Below are positions 28,411 through 36,870 of a DNA stretch of 64,000 nucleotides, one piece after another; within the stretch, counting starts at the first letter, position 1, and every line of letters begins with the position of its first letter. The DNA is taken from NCBI GenBank assembly GCA_039029475.1, contig JBCCGB010000011.1:64264-128263 (forward strand), read 5' to 3'. Origin of the DNA: Pseudomonadota bacterium. Its GTDB lineage: Bacteria; Pseudomonadota; Alphaproteobacteria; Caulobacterales; Hyphomonadaceae. The notes beneath the pieces are model-generated. The model was not told the origin of the DNA. It saw only the letters and a list, made by a program, of their open reading frames with translations, and searched no databases. The position numbers and the translations under genes are program-made.

Positions 28411-29156
28411 TATACAGCTCCCGCAGTTTTGAGTTTTTCGACCAGAGTGGCGACGTCTTCGACTTTTTCACCGGCTTCGCGCACAGGTGGCTCAGTGACT
28501 TTGACCACGGTCAAGCGTGGTGAAATGTCGACGCCATAATCGCCTGGCTCTTTCATATCGATCGGCTTTTTCTTGGCCTTCATGATGTTTGGCAGAGACG
28601 CATAACGCGGCTCGTTCAAACGCAGGTCGGTGGTGACGATCGCAGGGCCGTCCAGCGCGACGGTTTGTAGGCCGCCATCGACTTCGCGAGTGACATTGAC
28701 CTTGCCGTCTTCGGCTTTGACTTCAGAGGCAAATGTGCCTTGCGGCCAGCCGAGCAGGGCGCCCAGCATCTGACCGGTCTGGTTGCTGTCATCATCGATG
28801 GCTTGCTTGCCGAGAATGACCAGATCCGGGCTCTCTTCCTCGACAACTTTAGCCAGCAGCTTGGCCACACCGAGGGGCTCAACATCATCATCAGACTTGA
28901 TCAGGATGCCGCGATCCGCGCCCATGGCGAGGGCGGTACGAATGGTCTCTTGTGCTTGCTGTGGCCCAATAGAAACGGCGATGACTTCCGTCGCCGTGCC
29001 AGCTTCTTTCATGCGGACAGCTTCTTCGACGGAAATCTCGTCGAATGGGTTCATGGACATTTTGACATTGGCCAGATCGACACCGGTCTGGTCCGATTTT
29101 ACGCGGACCTTTACGTTATAGTCGATGACCCGTTTGACAGGCACGAGGACCTTCAT
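28410..29156 (-). CDS. etfB: Electron transfer flavoprotein subunit beta
   Basis: [20 protein letters not shown]; [12 protein letters not shown]; [16 protein letters not shown]; [18 protein letters not shown]. Confidence 0.97.
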   Translation of the reverse strand: MKVLVPVKRVIDYNVKVRVKSDQTGVDLANVKMSMNPFDEISVEEAVRMKEAGTATEVIAVSIGPQQAQETIRTALAMGADRGILIKSDDDVEPLGVAKLLAKVVEEESPDLVILGKQAIDDDSNQTGQMLGALLGWPQGTFASEVKAEDGKVNVTREVDGGLQTVALDGPAIVTTDLRLNEPRYASLPNIMKAKKKPIDMKEPGDYGVDISPRLTVVKVTEPPVREAGEKVEDVATLVEKLKTAGAV

Positions 29157-29230
29157 CGGCGACTCCCAGAGTTAGCTAAATTTCTGTTGCCGTGCAGGTA
29201 GCAGGACGGTCAGGAAACACAAGGCTTACC

Positions 29231-29246
29231 TTGACGTTAGCGTCAG
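29231..29246. promoter_or_regulatory. LiuR-type box upstream of etfBA
   Basis: TTGACGTTAGCGTCAG, 75 bp upstream of the etfB ATG; same motif as at liuR and the acyl-CoA dehydrogenase; etfBA is a known LiuR regulon member. Confidence 0.8.
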
Positions 29247-29281
29247 ATTGGCGCGGAAATTTGAAACGGGTTTCTAGGCCG

Positions 29282-30334
29282 CTAAAACCCGGTTGCGAGC
29301 TGAAGATCGGAATGCGCGAGGCTCATGACCTGAAAGCGACCTCCCATTTCGGCCGGATCCACCAGTGTTTTGACCCCTGCATAAAGCGTGTCGGCTTGGG
29401 AGGGATGTTGCTTGGCCAGTTGGTTCAGCCGCGCTTCTGCGCCGAGCGTCAGCAGAAACTGGCTCTGTGAGATCGGACCGTTGACCTGAAGTCCTTGGCG
29501 GACCGCCAGGCGTCGCAGCCGGGCAAAGTCGACATCGCAGGTTAAATCGCTCTCGCCCGGGGCTGCAAGCGGGTGGATTTGGTTGCCATTCTTGTATGCG
29601 CGCAAAGTATCCGATGGCGAATGGTCTGATGGGCCGTAATCGATAAGCAGCGCGCGTCCTTTGGTTTGATCAAACAAGCCCTTCAGCGTTTCAGACAGGG
29701 TTTTCAAACCCGGTTGAACCTCAATCGCCTCGCGATCGTCACCTGCGTCCAGGTCGGCCGGAAGGGCATCCGCCTTGAGTCCGAAGGTCAACTCATTCGA
29801 CTCATTGAGGCCGATAACGCGTTCATGCCAGGCCGCGCCGACACGGACATATTGCTGCATTGGCAGGCAATCCAGCCACTCATTTGCAATCAGCACAAAC
29901 GGGCGATCGGTGCTGATGGTATCCAATTCGGACAGAAAGACAGGGTCGACAGCGACGAAACGGGTGTTCAGATTTGTGCGCAGAACTGGGCTTGGCTCGA
30001 CAAAACACAATTGCAGCGCCGCGTGAAAGCCTGGAACCGACTGCGTCGCCCGCAAGGCATCCGCCATCAACGTGCCGCGGCCGGGGCCGATCTCGACCAG
30101 GTTGAACGCGTTTGGGGCCCCCATTTGCTGCCACTCATGCGCTGCCCACACTCCGATCAGCTCGCCAAAGATCTGGCTGGTTTCTGGCGCCGTAGTGAAG
30201 TCGCTGCCCAATCCTGGACGCGTCGCGTAATAGCCATGGCGCCGGTCATGCAGGCAGAGATCCATATAGGTCGCGACCGAGACCGGGCCGCTGGTCTCAA
30301 TCATGGCTTTGAGACGGGTCTTAAGGTCCGTCAC
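29282..30334 (-). CDS. NDUFAF7/MidA-family SAM-dependent methyltransferase
   Basis: GYYATRPGLGSDFTTAPETSQIFGELIG; VEIGPGRGTLMAD; IANEWLDCLP; DLTCDVDF; MGGRFQV. GTG start at 30334 overlaps the lgt TGA. Confidence 0.9.
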   Translation of the reverse strand: MTDLKTRLKAMIETSGPVSVATYMDLCLHDRRHGYYATRPGLGSDFTTAPETSQIFGELIGVWAAHEWQQMGAPNAFNLVEIGPGRGTLMADALRATQSVPGFHAALQLCFVEPSPVLRTNLNTRFVAVDPVFLSELDTISTDRPFVLIANEWLDCLPMQQYVRVGAAWHERVIGLNESNELTFGLKADALPADLDAGDDREAIEVQPGLKTLSETLKGLFDQTKGRALLIDYGPSDHSPSDTLRAYKNGNQIHPLAAPGESDLTCDVDFARLRRLAVRQGLQVNGPISQSQFLLTLGAEARLNQLAKQHPSQADTLYAGVKTLVDPAEMGGRFQVMSLAHSDLQLATGF

Positions 30335-31284
30335 GCGTTCCCAGTGACGCTTGGTTTCTTGAGCGCGTTCCAGACCAGGAACGCCCCGCCAATCCACATT
30401 GGCAGCGACAGGATCTGGCCCATGGTGATCCATTCCGGCAGGCCCTGGACAAAGGCATCCGGCTCTCGGAACTGCTCGGAAACGGTGCGTCCAAAGGCAT
30501 AGAAAAGCAGGAATAGACCGGCCACCAATCCCGGGCGTTGCAAGGCTTTGAAGCGCCAGACCAGGATGGACAGAATGATCGCCGGGATCAGGCCTTCCAG
30601 CACGGCTTCATAGATTTGGCTTGGATAGCGCGCGACTTCGTTGCCGCGATAGACCCAGTCCCCGCTCGACCAATTATAGGCGCTCGGGGTTGAGCCGCGG
30701 ACATAGCCTTCCGGGAAGATCATGCCCCATGAACTGCCTTCTGGTACGGGCCGACCATACAGTTCGGCATTGATGAAATTCGCCATCCGCCCAAGGAAAA
30801 GGCCGATCGGTGTGACGACGCCGGCAATGTCGCCAATCGACAGAAGCGGTACGTTTCTTTGTCTGGCCACGAGCCAGATCGCGACTGCGACGCCGATCAG
30901 CCCGCCATGAAAGCTCATGCCGCCTTCCCAGATGCGCAGCAGGCTGACCGGGTCAGACATGGTCTGATCCCATTGATAAGGCAGCTGATAGAACAGGATG
31001 TAGCCGATCCGACCGCCGAGGATCACGCCGAGCGTGGCATAGAAAAGCAGATCATCAATATCATCGCGCGTCGCCGGGCTGGCACCGCCCCAAAGCGCGG
31101 GCCGTTTGGCCAAAGCCAGAGCATAGCGCCAACCGATCAGCAAGCCGCCAATATAGGCCAGTGCGTACCAACGGATCGGAAACTTGCCGAGGCCAAGAAA
31201 CCCAAGATCAATCTGGAATAAAGCCGGCGACATTTCCGGGAAACTCATAGCGCCCTGTTGGACGGTGATTGCGAGCAGACTCAT
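30331..31284 (-). CDS. lgt: Prolipoprotein diacylglyceryl transferase
   Basis: IRWYALAY; LGGRIGYILFY; GGMSFHGG; GRMANFINAELYGR; PSQIYEA. Start at 31248 or 31284. Confidence 0.96.
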   Translation of the reverse strand: MSLLAITVQQGAMSFPEMSPALFQIDLGFLGLGKFPIRWYALAYIGGLLIGWRYALALAKRPALWGGASPATRDDIDDLLFYATLGVILGGRIGYILFYQLPYQWDQTMSDPVSLLRIWEGGMSFHGGLIGVAVAIWLVARQRNVPLLSIGDIAGVVTPIGLFLGRMANFINAELYGRPVPEGSSWGMIFPEGYVRGSTPSAYNWSSGDWVYRGNEVARYPSQIYEAVLEGLIPAIILSILVWRFKALQRPGLVAGLFLLFYAFGRTVSEQFREPDAFVQGLPEWITMGQILSLPMWIGGAFLVWNALKKPSVTGNA

Positions 31285-31370
31285 GCGGCGGTCTTTCCTG
31301 TCGGCATTTTCATCCCCATCTGCTAGGCACAAATGCTAACAGGTTCAAGACGCACAAAGGAGTCCGTCAC

Positions 31371-31607
31371 ATGTCAACCAAAAGCCCGATGATGGATGAT
31401 ATCGCTGGACTGATGACCGGCGCCATGGGTGCAGCGCGCGCCGCCGGCGAAGAAATGAAGACGGCCGGACAATCGCGCATCCGCGCCATGATCGCCGATA
31501 TGGATTTGGCCAGCCGCGAAGAAATCGAAGCGCTGAAGGCGATTGCGGTCCAGGCGCTGGAGCGCGTCGAGGCCCTGGAACAACGCCTGGACAAGCTTGA
31601 GAAATAG
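31371..31607 (+). CDS. ubiK: Accessory factor UbiK / BMFP family small protein
   Basis: MSTKSPMMDDIAGLMTGAMG...MDLASREEIEALK...LEQRLDKLEK (dlVtREEf-type motif plus coiled coil); AAGGAG RBS before the ATG at 31371. Confidence 0.85.
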   Translation: MSTKSPMMDDIAGLMTGAMGAARAAGEEMKTAGQSRIRAMIADMDLASREEIEALKAIAVQALERVEALEQRLDKLEK

Positions 31608-31709
31608 GCCTGTCCACTGCTTTTTAACCAAGACTCTTGCGCGATGAGTCGGGCATGAGTAGCTTCACCCCAAGGCAAGAAGGCCTTACTGATTCGGAAG
31701 GGGGAACCT

Positions 31710-32216
31710 ATGAGCCTGTCCGTAGAACGTTCGCAGACATTCGATATTGACGCGATGGAGCTGGTTGAAAGCTGCCTGACAGAAGCCGGTTGGGATTTTC
31801 AGCGCGACGAAGATGACGCCACGATTCAGTGCATTGCCGGATCGAAATGGGGAGACATGGGCGGCATGTTCGCAAACCGTGCGGAACCTCCGGCCTTGCA
31901 CTTTTCGATCACGCTCGATGTCAAACCGACCGAAACGCGACGCCAGGCCATTTCTGAGTTGGTGATGATGGCGAATGAGCGGCTTTGGCTAGGCCATTTT
32001 GATTACTGGGCGGATGAGGGCGTGATTATTTTTCGTCACGCGCTGCCCATGTTGGATCGAGTTGAACCCGACGCTGGCGAAGTCCGGGCCGTGATGGCAG
32101 CCGGGCTGGACGCTGTGAACATGTTCGTCCCAGCTTTCAATTTCGCGATCTGGGCTGGCAAGTCTCCGCGCGAGGCGCTCGAGGCTGCTCTGTTCGAAAC
32201 CGCTGGCGAAGCTTAA
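31710..32216 (+). CDS. YbjN domain protein (type III chaperone-like fold)
   Basis: ELVMMANERLWLGHFDYWADEGVIIFRHAL; FVPAFNFAIWAGKSPREALEAALFETAGEA, typical of alphaproteobacterial YbjN proteins. Confidence 0.8.
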   Translation: MSLSVERSQTFDIDAMELVESCLTEAGWDFQRDEDDATIQCIAGSKWGDMGGMFANRAEPPALHFSITLDVKPTETRRQAISELVMMANERLWLGHFDYWADEGVIIFRHALPMLDRVEPDAGEVRAVMAAGLDAVNMFVPAFNFAIWAGKSPREALEAALFETAGEA

Positions 32217-32261
32217 GCGGCTCGATTAAGGACCAAGTCTGAAGGTTCAGACGTGAGGTCG

Positions 32262-33068
32262 ATGATGACATCGCATATTACGCTAATTGGTGCTGGTCGA
32301 ATGGGGTCTGCGCTCGCAGGCGGTTGGTTGAAAGCGGGATCGGCGGCGCAAATCGACATTGTTGATCCGGCGCCTGCGCCCTTGGTTCAAGGCTGGATCG
32401 CCGAGGGTCGTGTCCGCCACAATCCAGCGCCCGCTCCTGCCGACATTCTGGTTGTCGCTGTGAAACCGCAAGTGTTCGGGCAGCTGGCATCCGAGATTGC
32501 CACGCGGGTTGGTGCGGACACGCGGGTGTTGTCGATCATGGCAGGCGTTTCGATGGCGACACTGGCGGCCAGGCTCGGCACCGAGAATGTCACGCGTGCG
32601 ATGCCGAACACACCCGGTTTGGTTGGCAAGGGCGTGACCATTCTATGCACCCGCCCGAAGGCTGATGTCGCCCTTATTCGCGATATGACGGCACTGTTGG
32701 CGCCTCTGGGCGCAGTCGAAGGCCCCGTTAGCGAGGCAGACCTTCCGGCAGCGACAGCGATATCAGGGTGCGGGCCGGCTTATGGCTTTCTGCTCGCTGA
32801 AGTCATGGCCGCTGCCGGCGCGAAACATGGTCTTGATCCCGATCTGGCCATGCGTCTCGCGCGGAAGACAGTTGAAGGCGCCGGCGCGCTGATGGAAGAC
32901 GCGACTGAAGATGCCGCGACTTTGCGCCAGAATGTCACCTCCCCGAACGGCGTGACGCAGGCGGCGCTGGAGGTCTTGATGTCGCCAGATGCGATGCCAT
33001 CTCTGTTTGAGGACGCCGTTGCGGCCGCGATTGCCCGCGACATTGCGCTGTCTGAGGAGACCGAATGA
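32262..33068 (+). CDS. proC: Pyrroline-5-carboxylate reductase
   Basis: IGAGRMGSAL; AVKPQ; SIMAGV; RAMPNTP; TAISGCGPAY; VTSPNGVT. Confidence 0.95.
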   Translation: MMTSHITLIGAGRMGSALAGGWLKAGSAAQIDIVDPAPAPLVQGWIAEGRVRHNPAPAPADILVVAVKPQVFGQLASEIATRVGADTRVLSIMAGVSMATLAARLGTENVTRAMPNTPGLVGKGVTILCTRPKADVALIRDMTALLAPLGAVEGPVSEADLPAATAISGCGPAYGFLLAEVMAAAGAKHGLDPDLAMRLARKTVEGAGALMEDATEDAATLRQNVTSPNGVTQAALEVLMSPDAMPSLFEDAVAAAIARDIALSEETE

Positions 33069-33664
33069 CAAGTGATCAGATCATTGAAAAAGGCGTTCAG
33101 GCGGCGCTAAAGCTGGCCGAGACTGAAAAATGGAGCGCCATAACTCTGGCTGAGATTGCTGAAGAAGCCGGCTTTAGTCTTGGCGACTTTCACACCCATG
33201 CCGACAAGGACACATTGTCAGCCGCCGTCGAGAAGACATTTGATGCCGGTATGAGTGAAGGCTCATTTGACGCCGAAGAAACCGCCCGCACACGTTTATT
33301 CGATGTCCTGATGATGCGGTTCGAAGCCATGGAGGCCGTGCGCGATGGTGCAATGTCTTTCTTGCGCTGGCGCGACCGTTCATTTGACGGTTTGGCTCTG
33401 CGGGTGCGAAACCGCACGGCGACCGCCAAATGGGCGTTGACCTGTTCGGGGCTTGATGGAGCCAGCGCGATTCCACGCGGGGTTCAGGTGACCGCATTGG
33501 CCTGGGCGATTGCGCAAGCCGAACGCGCCTGGCGCCAGGAAACCAGCGCCGATCTCAGTCGCACCATGGCGGCGCTTGATGCTGAGCTGATCAAACTGGA
33601 AGACCGGGCCGAGTGGCTGAAAGGGCGCGGCAAACGGCGCGCCGAGCCTGCCTCTGATCAATAA
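33065..33664 (+). CDS. Degenerate TetR-fold protein (possibly COQ9-like)
   Basis: AALKLAETEKWSAITLAEIAEEAGFS gives an HTH start, but the usual LY.hF.sK recognition segment is absent; RTRLFDVLMMRFEAM; DLSRTMAALD; ATGA-coupled to proC. Confidence 0.65.
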   Translation: MTSDQIIEKGVQAALKLAETEKWSAITLAEIAEEAGFSLGDFHTHADKDTLSAAVEKTFDAGMSEGSFDAEETARTRLFDVLMMRFEAMEAVRDGAMSFLRWRDRSFDGLALRVRNRTATAKWALTCSGLDGASAIPRGVQVTALAWAIAQAERAWRQETSADLSRTMAALDAELIKLEDRAEWLKGRGKRRAEPASDQ

Positions 33665-34956
33665 GGCAGACGCAAGCGCACGCGCAATCCGCCCAAGGGG
33701 CTATCTTCGAGACGAATATCACCGCCATGCGCCCGCGCGAAATCGCGCGCCAGGGTCAGACCGAGACCGGTGCCTGCGACATTCTGCGAGCGACCATCAT
33801 CGAGGCGGTGGAATGGCCGGAACGCATCTTCGCGCTTGTCCTCCGGAATGCCGGGACCATCATCATCGAACAGGATTTCGGCCATGCGTGGCCCTTTGAT
33901 CAAACTGACATCGCAGCGATTGCCATATCCAACCCCGTTTGAAATCAGATTGGTCAGTGTGCGCGTCAGCGCCATCGGGCGCACCATCAGAGAGATTTCC
34001 GAGGCGGCCTTGATGTGAGCGCCATCTATCCGCTCTGCGACGGTCCGGGTGATATGATCAAGACGGACATCTTCCGGTTTTTCACCTTCTTCGCCGCTGG
34101 CAAACGCAAGATATTCGTCGAGCATTTTCGACATATCATCGAGATCATTGCGTGCGCCGTCTATCTCTTCAGACGGTTCCATCATCGCGAGTTGCAGCTT
34201 CAACCGGGTGAGCGGCGTGCGCAGGTCATGGCTGACCCCCGCCAGCATCGCGGTGCGCTGTTCGGTAAAGGCCGTGAGACGCGCGCGCATGTCAGTCACG
34301 GCGCGGGCAGCGTCGCGAATCTCGGTGGCGCCGCTGGGTCGGAAGCCGGGCATGTCGCGGCCGCGACCAAACGCTTTGGCAGCTTCGGTCAGACGGAGGA
34401 TGGACCGGACCTGATTGCGCAAAAATGCAAAGGCCAATGCCAGCATCAGGATCGCGCCCAGCAACACCCAGACGATCGTGAAATGTGTATTTGCCGCGAG
34501 CGCGCGTTTCCGATCGATCAGAACCCGGACCGTACCGGTTTCGATCGGGCTTCGAAAATCCAACACCCGTCCGGATTCGACCGTGCGGACTTCAACCGGA
34601 TGTGACGTCACTGAAGCGAGTTGACCGCGCAGCACATTGCCATAGCTAAACCGCGTGCGCGCCTGCGTTGGCCAGGTCATGCCGTCCGGATGGGTGCAAT
34701 CGAGGCGCAGACCAAGCTGAGCCTCGATATCCGTTTCCATGGTCAGATCATGAGCCGGATCGGCGCAAATGTCGACGATCAGACCGACCTCGCGTGCGAT
34801 GGATTGCGACAGTTTTTCGTTCACGTCGCTAATGTGTTCCTGATAATAGTACAGCGAGAAGATCGCGAAAATCGCAATCACCGGCACTGCGACCAGCGCG
34901 GCCAGACGGGCATAGAGACCGCGGGGAGTGTAATCTCGCAGGCGAAAGCTGCTCAT
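33658..34956 (-). CDS. EnvZ-like sensor histidine kinase (HAMP-HisKA-HATPase)
   Basis: Two TMs; HAMP; H-box AGVSHDLRTPLTRL; NLISN; DDDGPGI; GTGLGL. Confidence 0.93.
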   Translation of the reverse strand: MSSFRLRDYTPRGLYARLAALVAVPVIAIFAIFSLYYYQEHISDVNEKLSQSIAREVGLIVDICADPAHDLTMETDIEAQLGLRLDCTHPDGMTWPTQARTRFSYGNVLRGQLASVTSHPVEVRTVESGRVLDFRSPIETGTVRVLIDRKRALAANTHFTIVWVLLGAILMLALAFAFLRNQVRSILRLTEAAKAFGRGRDMPGFRPSGATEIRDAARAVTDMRARLTAFTEQRTAMLAGVSHDLRTPLTRLKLQLAMMEPSEEIDGARNDLDDMSKMLDEYLAFASGEEGEKPEDVRLDHITRTVAERIDGAHIKAASEISLMVRPMALTRTLTNLISNGVGYGNRCDVSLIKGPRMAEILFDDDGPGIPEDKREDAFRPFHRLDDGRSQNVAGTGLGLTLARDFARAHGGDIRLEDSPLGGLRVRLRLPY

Positions 34957-34958
34957 AT

Positions 34959-35783
34959 TTATCGATCCAGAATCAGCATCATATTGGTGCGATCCTTATG
35001 CACGATTTTATAATCATGTTCGAGCAGGAGCGCTTCGCAATCGCGTTCCCACCGGCCGGCATGGCAGGCTTCCATGACAATGGCCTTGGGGAAGAGGGTT
35101 GGATTGGCGGCGGCGAAGAACGGAAACAGAATGCCATCTTCAAAACCTTCCACGTCAATTTTCAACACATCCAGATTCGCCACATCGCATTGATTCAGCA
35201 GGTCGATCATTGGGATCACCGGCACGTCAATTGTCGGAATGCCTTCGGCAAGACGCGCTGAAGCCTGTCCGGCGCTTGCCGGGGTTGAAAGGGTCAGCGA
35301 TCCTGGTTCATCGCCGCCAATCGCAGTTTGCAATAAATGTAACTTGAGCCGCGACGTGATGGCGGGGTTCAGGGCGAAATTCGTCTTCAGCCGCTCAAAC
35401 ATGGCAGGTTGTGGCTCAGCACTGATCAGAGTGCCGCTCTGCATGAGCGAGGCAATGTACAAACTGAACACGCCGGCATTGCCGCCAATGTCCAGGAACA
35501 CGCCCCCTTGGGATGGCATATGCTGTCGGCAAAAAGCGTATTCTTCGCGGGCATAGCGTTTTGGGCTCAGTAAGGCTTTGACTTCGGAGTTGTTTCCCGA
35601 GTGATGCAATCGCGCGTGCCCACCATAAAGCGAGACATCGAGCGGTCCGTCCGGGTTCAGCGCGCGAACACCCTTTGCCATCAGTTTACGCATCGCACCG
35701 CGCCCCATTGGTGTATGTCGCGATAATGCCACCAAAGCTTGCGACAATGGTCCCGGCCGGAAGGCCTGTGCAGAATGATCCAT
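34959..35783 (-). CDS. FkbM-family methyltransferase
   Basis: VFLDIGGNAGVFSL; SAEPQP; LKIDVEGFEDGIL. Confidence 0.88.
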   Translation of the reverse strand: MDHSAQAFRPGPLSQALVALSRHTPMGRGAMRKLMAKGVRALNPDGPLDVSLYGGHARLHHSGNNSEVKALLSPKRYAREEYAFCRQHMPSQGGVFLDIGGNAGVFSLYIASLMQSGTLISAEPQPAMFERLKTNFALNPAITSRLKLHLLQTAIGGDEPGSLTLSTPASAGQASARLAEGIPTIDVPVIPMIDLLNQCDVANLDVLKIDVEGFEDGILFPFFAAANPTLFPKAIVMEACHAGRWERDCEALLLEHDYKIVHKDRTNMMLILDR

Positions 35784-35851
35784 TTCGTCCTCGGGTCTTT
35801 GACGCGGACCTTCTTCATACGCGCTCCGAAAAAAATTTGGTAGATCAGGTC

Positions 35852-36766
35852 TCAGTCCAGATCATTTGTCAGTATTGTCGTGGCATCTTCCTTCAGGATA
35901 TGCGCCATTTCGTGAAAGCTTTTGGCCATCGGCGAGGTCGGTCGCCAGACCAGTGCGACCCGCCGCATGGCGCGCGGATGATCCAGCGAGCGCAGGACAA
36001 GATCTGCATCGCGGCTGGCTTCTGACAAAGCGTAGATGGCGGGCAGGATCGCGACGCCAGCGCCAGTCGCCGCCATGTGTCGTATGGCATCAAGGCTCGT
36101 GCCTGTGAACACGCCGCTCATATTGGCGTGTGCAGCATCTGCAAGTTCGCGGACAATGCGGCTGAGGCGGTGATTCTGCCCGACGCTTAACAGGTCCCGG
36201 CCCTTGAGATCCTTCAATCGCACTGGGCCAGTGCCGGCCAGCGGATCATCCGGAGCCGCACAAATCCATAAATGCTCTTCGAACAATAAGGTGTTCGACA
36301 TATTGGGATGGTCTTCCGGGGTCGAGATAACGCAGTCCAGCGCACCATCAATCAGACGCGCCTGCAATTGCTCGGTCCAGTGCTCTTCGACCACAAGTCG
36401 CAATTGCGGATAGGTCCGGTGCAGATCCTTGACCACGGGCGGCAAGAGATAGGGTCCGACAGATGGCAGCACGCCCAGCCGGATACGGCCTGACAAGGCG
36501 CCATCCTGGATTCGCATCGCGGCCTTCAGGTCTTCGACATCGCGCAGGATCAGGCGCGCTCGCCGGACGAACTCTTCGCCCTGTGCGGTCATCAAGGCGC
36601 CGCTCCGCCCGCGCTCGATCAATTGCAGACCGAGCTGATCTTCGACGGATGAGATTTGCGCCGAGAGGCTCGGTTGACTGACATGCAATCGCTTCGCGGC
36701 CTCGTGAAAGCGACCGGTTTCGGCGACCGCGACAATGTATTGAAGTTGCCGAAGTGTCGGGCGCAT
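35852..36766 (-). CDS. LysR-family regulator, OxyR-like but lacking the redox cysteines
   Basis: LRQLQYIVAVAETGRFHEAAKRLHVSQPSLSAQI HTH; GVLPSVGPYLLP and GTSLDAIRHMAATGAGVAILP are OxyR-like; HRL replaces HCL. Confidence 0.85.
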   Translation of the reverse strand: MRPTLRQLQYIVAVAETGRFHEAAKRLHVSQPSLSAQISSVEDQLGLQLIERGRSGALMTAQGEEFVRRARLILRDVEDLKAAMRIQDGALSGRIRLGVLPSVGPYLLPPVVKDLHRTYPQLRLVVEEHWTEQLQARLIDGALDCVISTPEDHPNMSNTLLFEEHLWICAAPDDPLAGTGPVRLKDLKGRDLLSVGQNHRLSRIVRELADAAHANMSGVFTGTSLDAIRHMAATGAGVAILPAIYALSEASRDADLVLRSLDHPRAMRRVALVWRPTSPMAKSFHEMAHILKEDATTILTNDLD

Positions 36767-36771
36767 ACGTG

Positions 36772-36808
36772 GTAGCCTGTATCTATCAAAATCTTAGTTT
36801 CTTTAGAT
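36772..36808. promoter_or_regulatory. OxyR-type four-tetramer binding site
   Basis: GTAG-N7-CTAT-N7-TTAG-N7-AGAT versus the OxyR consensus ATAG-N7-CTAT-N7-ATAG-N7-CTAT (12/16); begins 6 bp upstream of the LysR ATG and abuts a TTGAAT hexamer (36809-36814) on the + strand. Confidence 0.65.
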
Positions 36809-36870
36809 TTGAATTATCTCCGACGTCAACCAGATTCTGGTTAGATTGAAACCATAGGAGTCCCAAAACA

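Noticed and set aside
35852-36766. Calling the LysR gene oxyR
   Set aside because: It lacks the C199/C208 equivalents, so the gene symbol is withheld.
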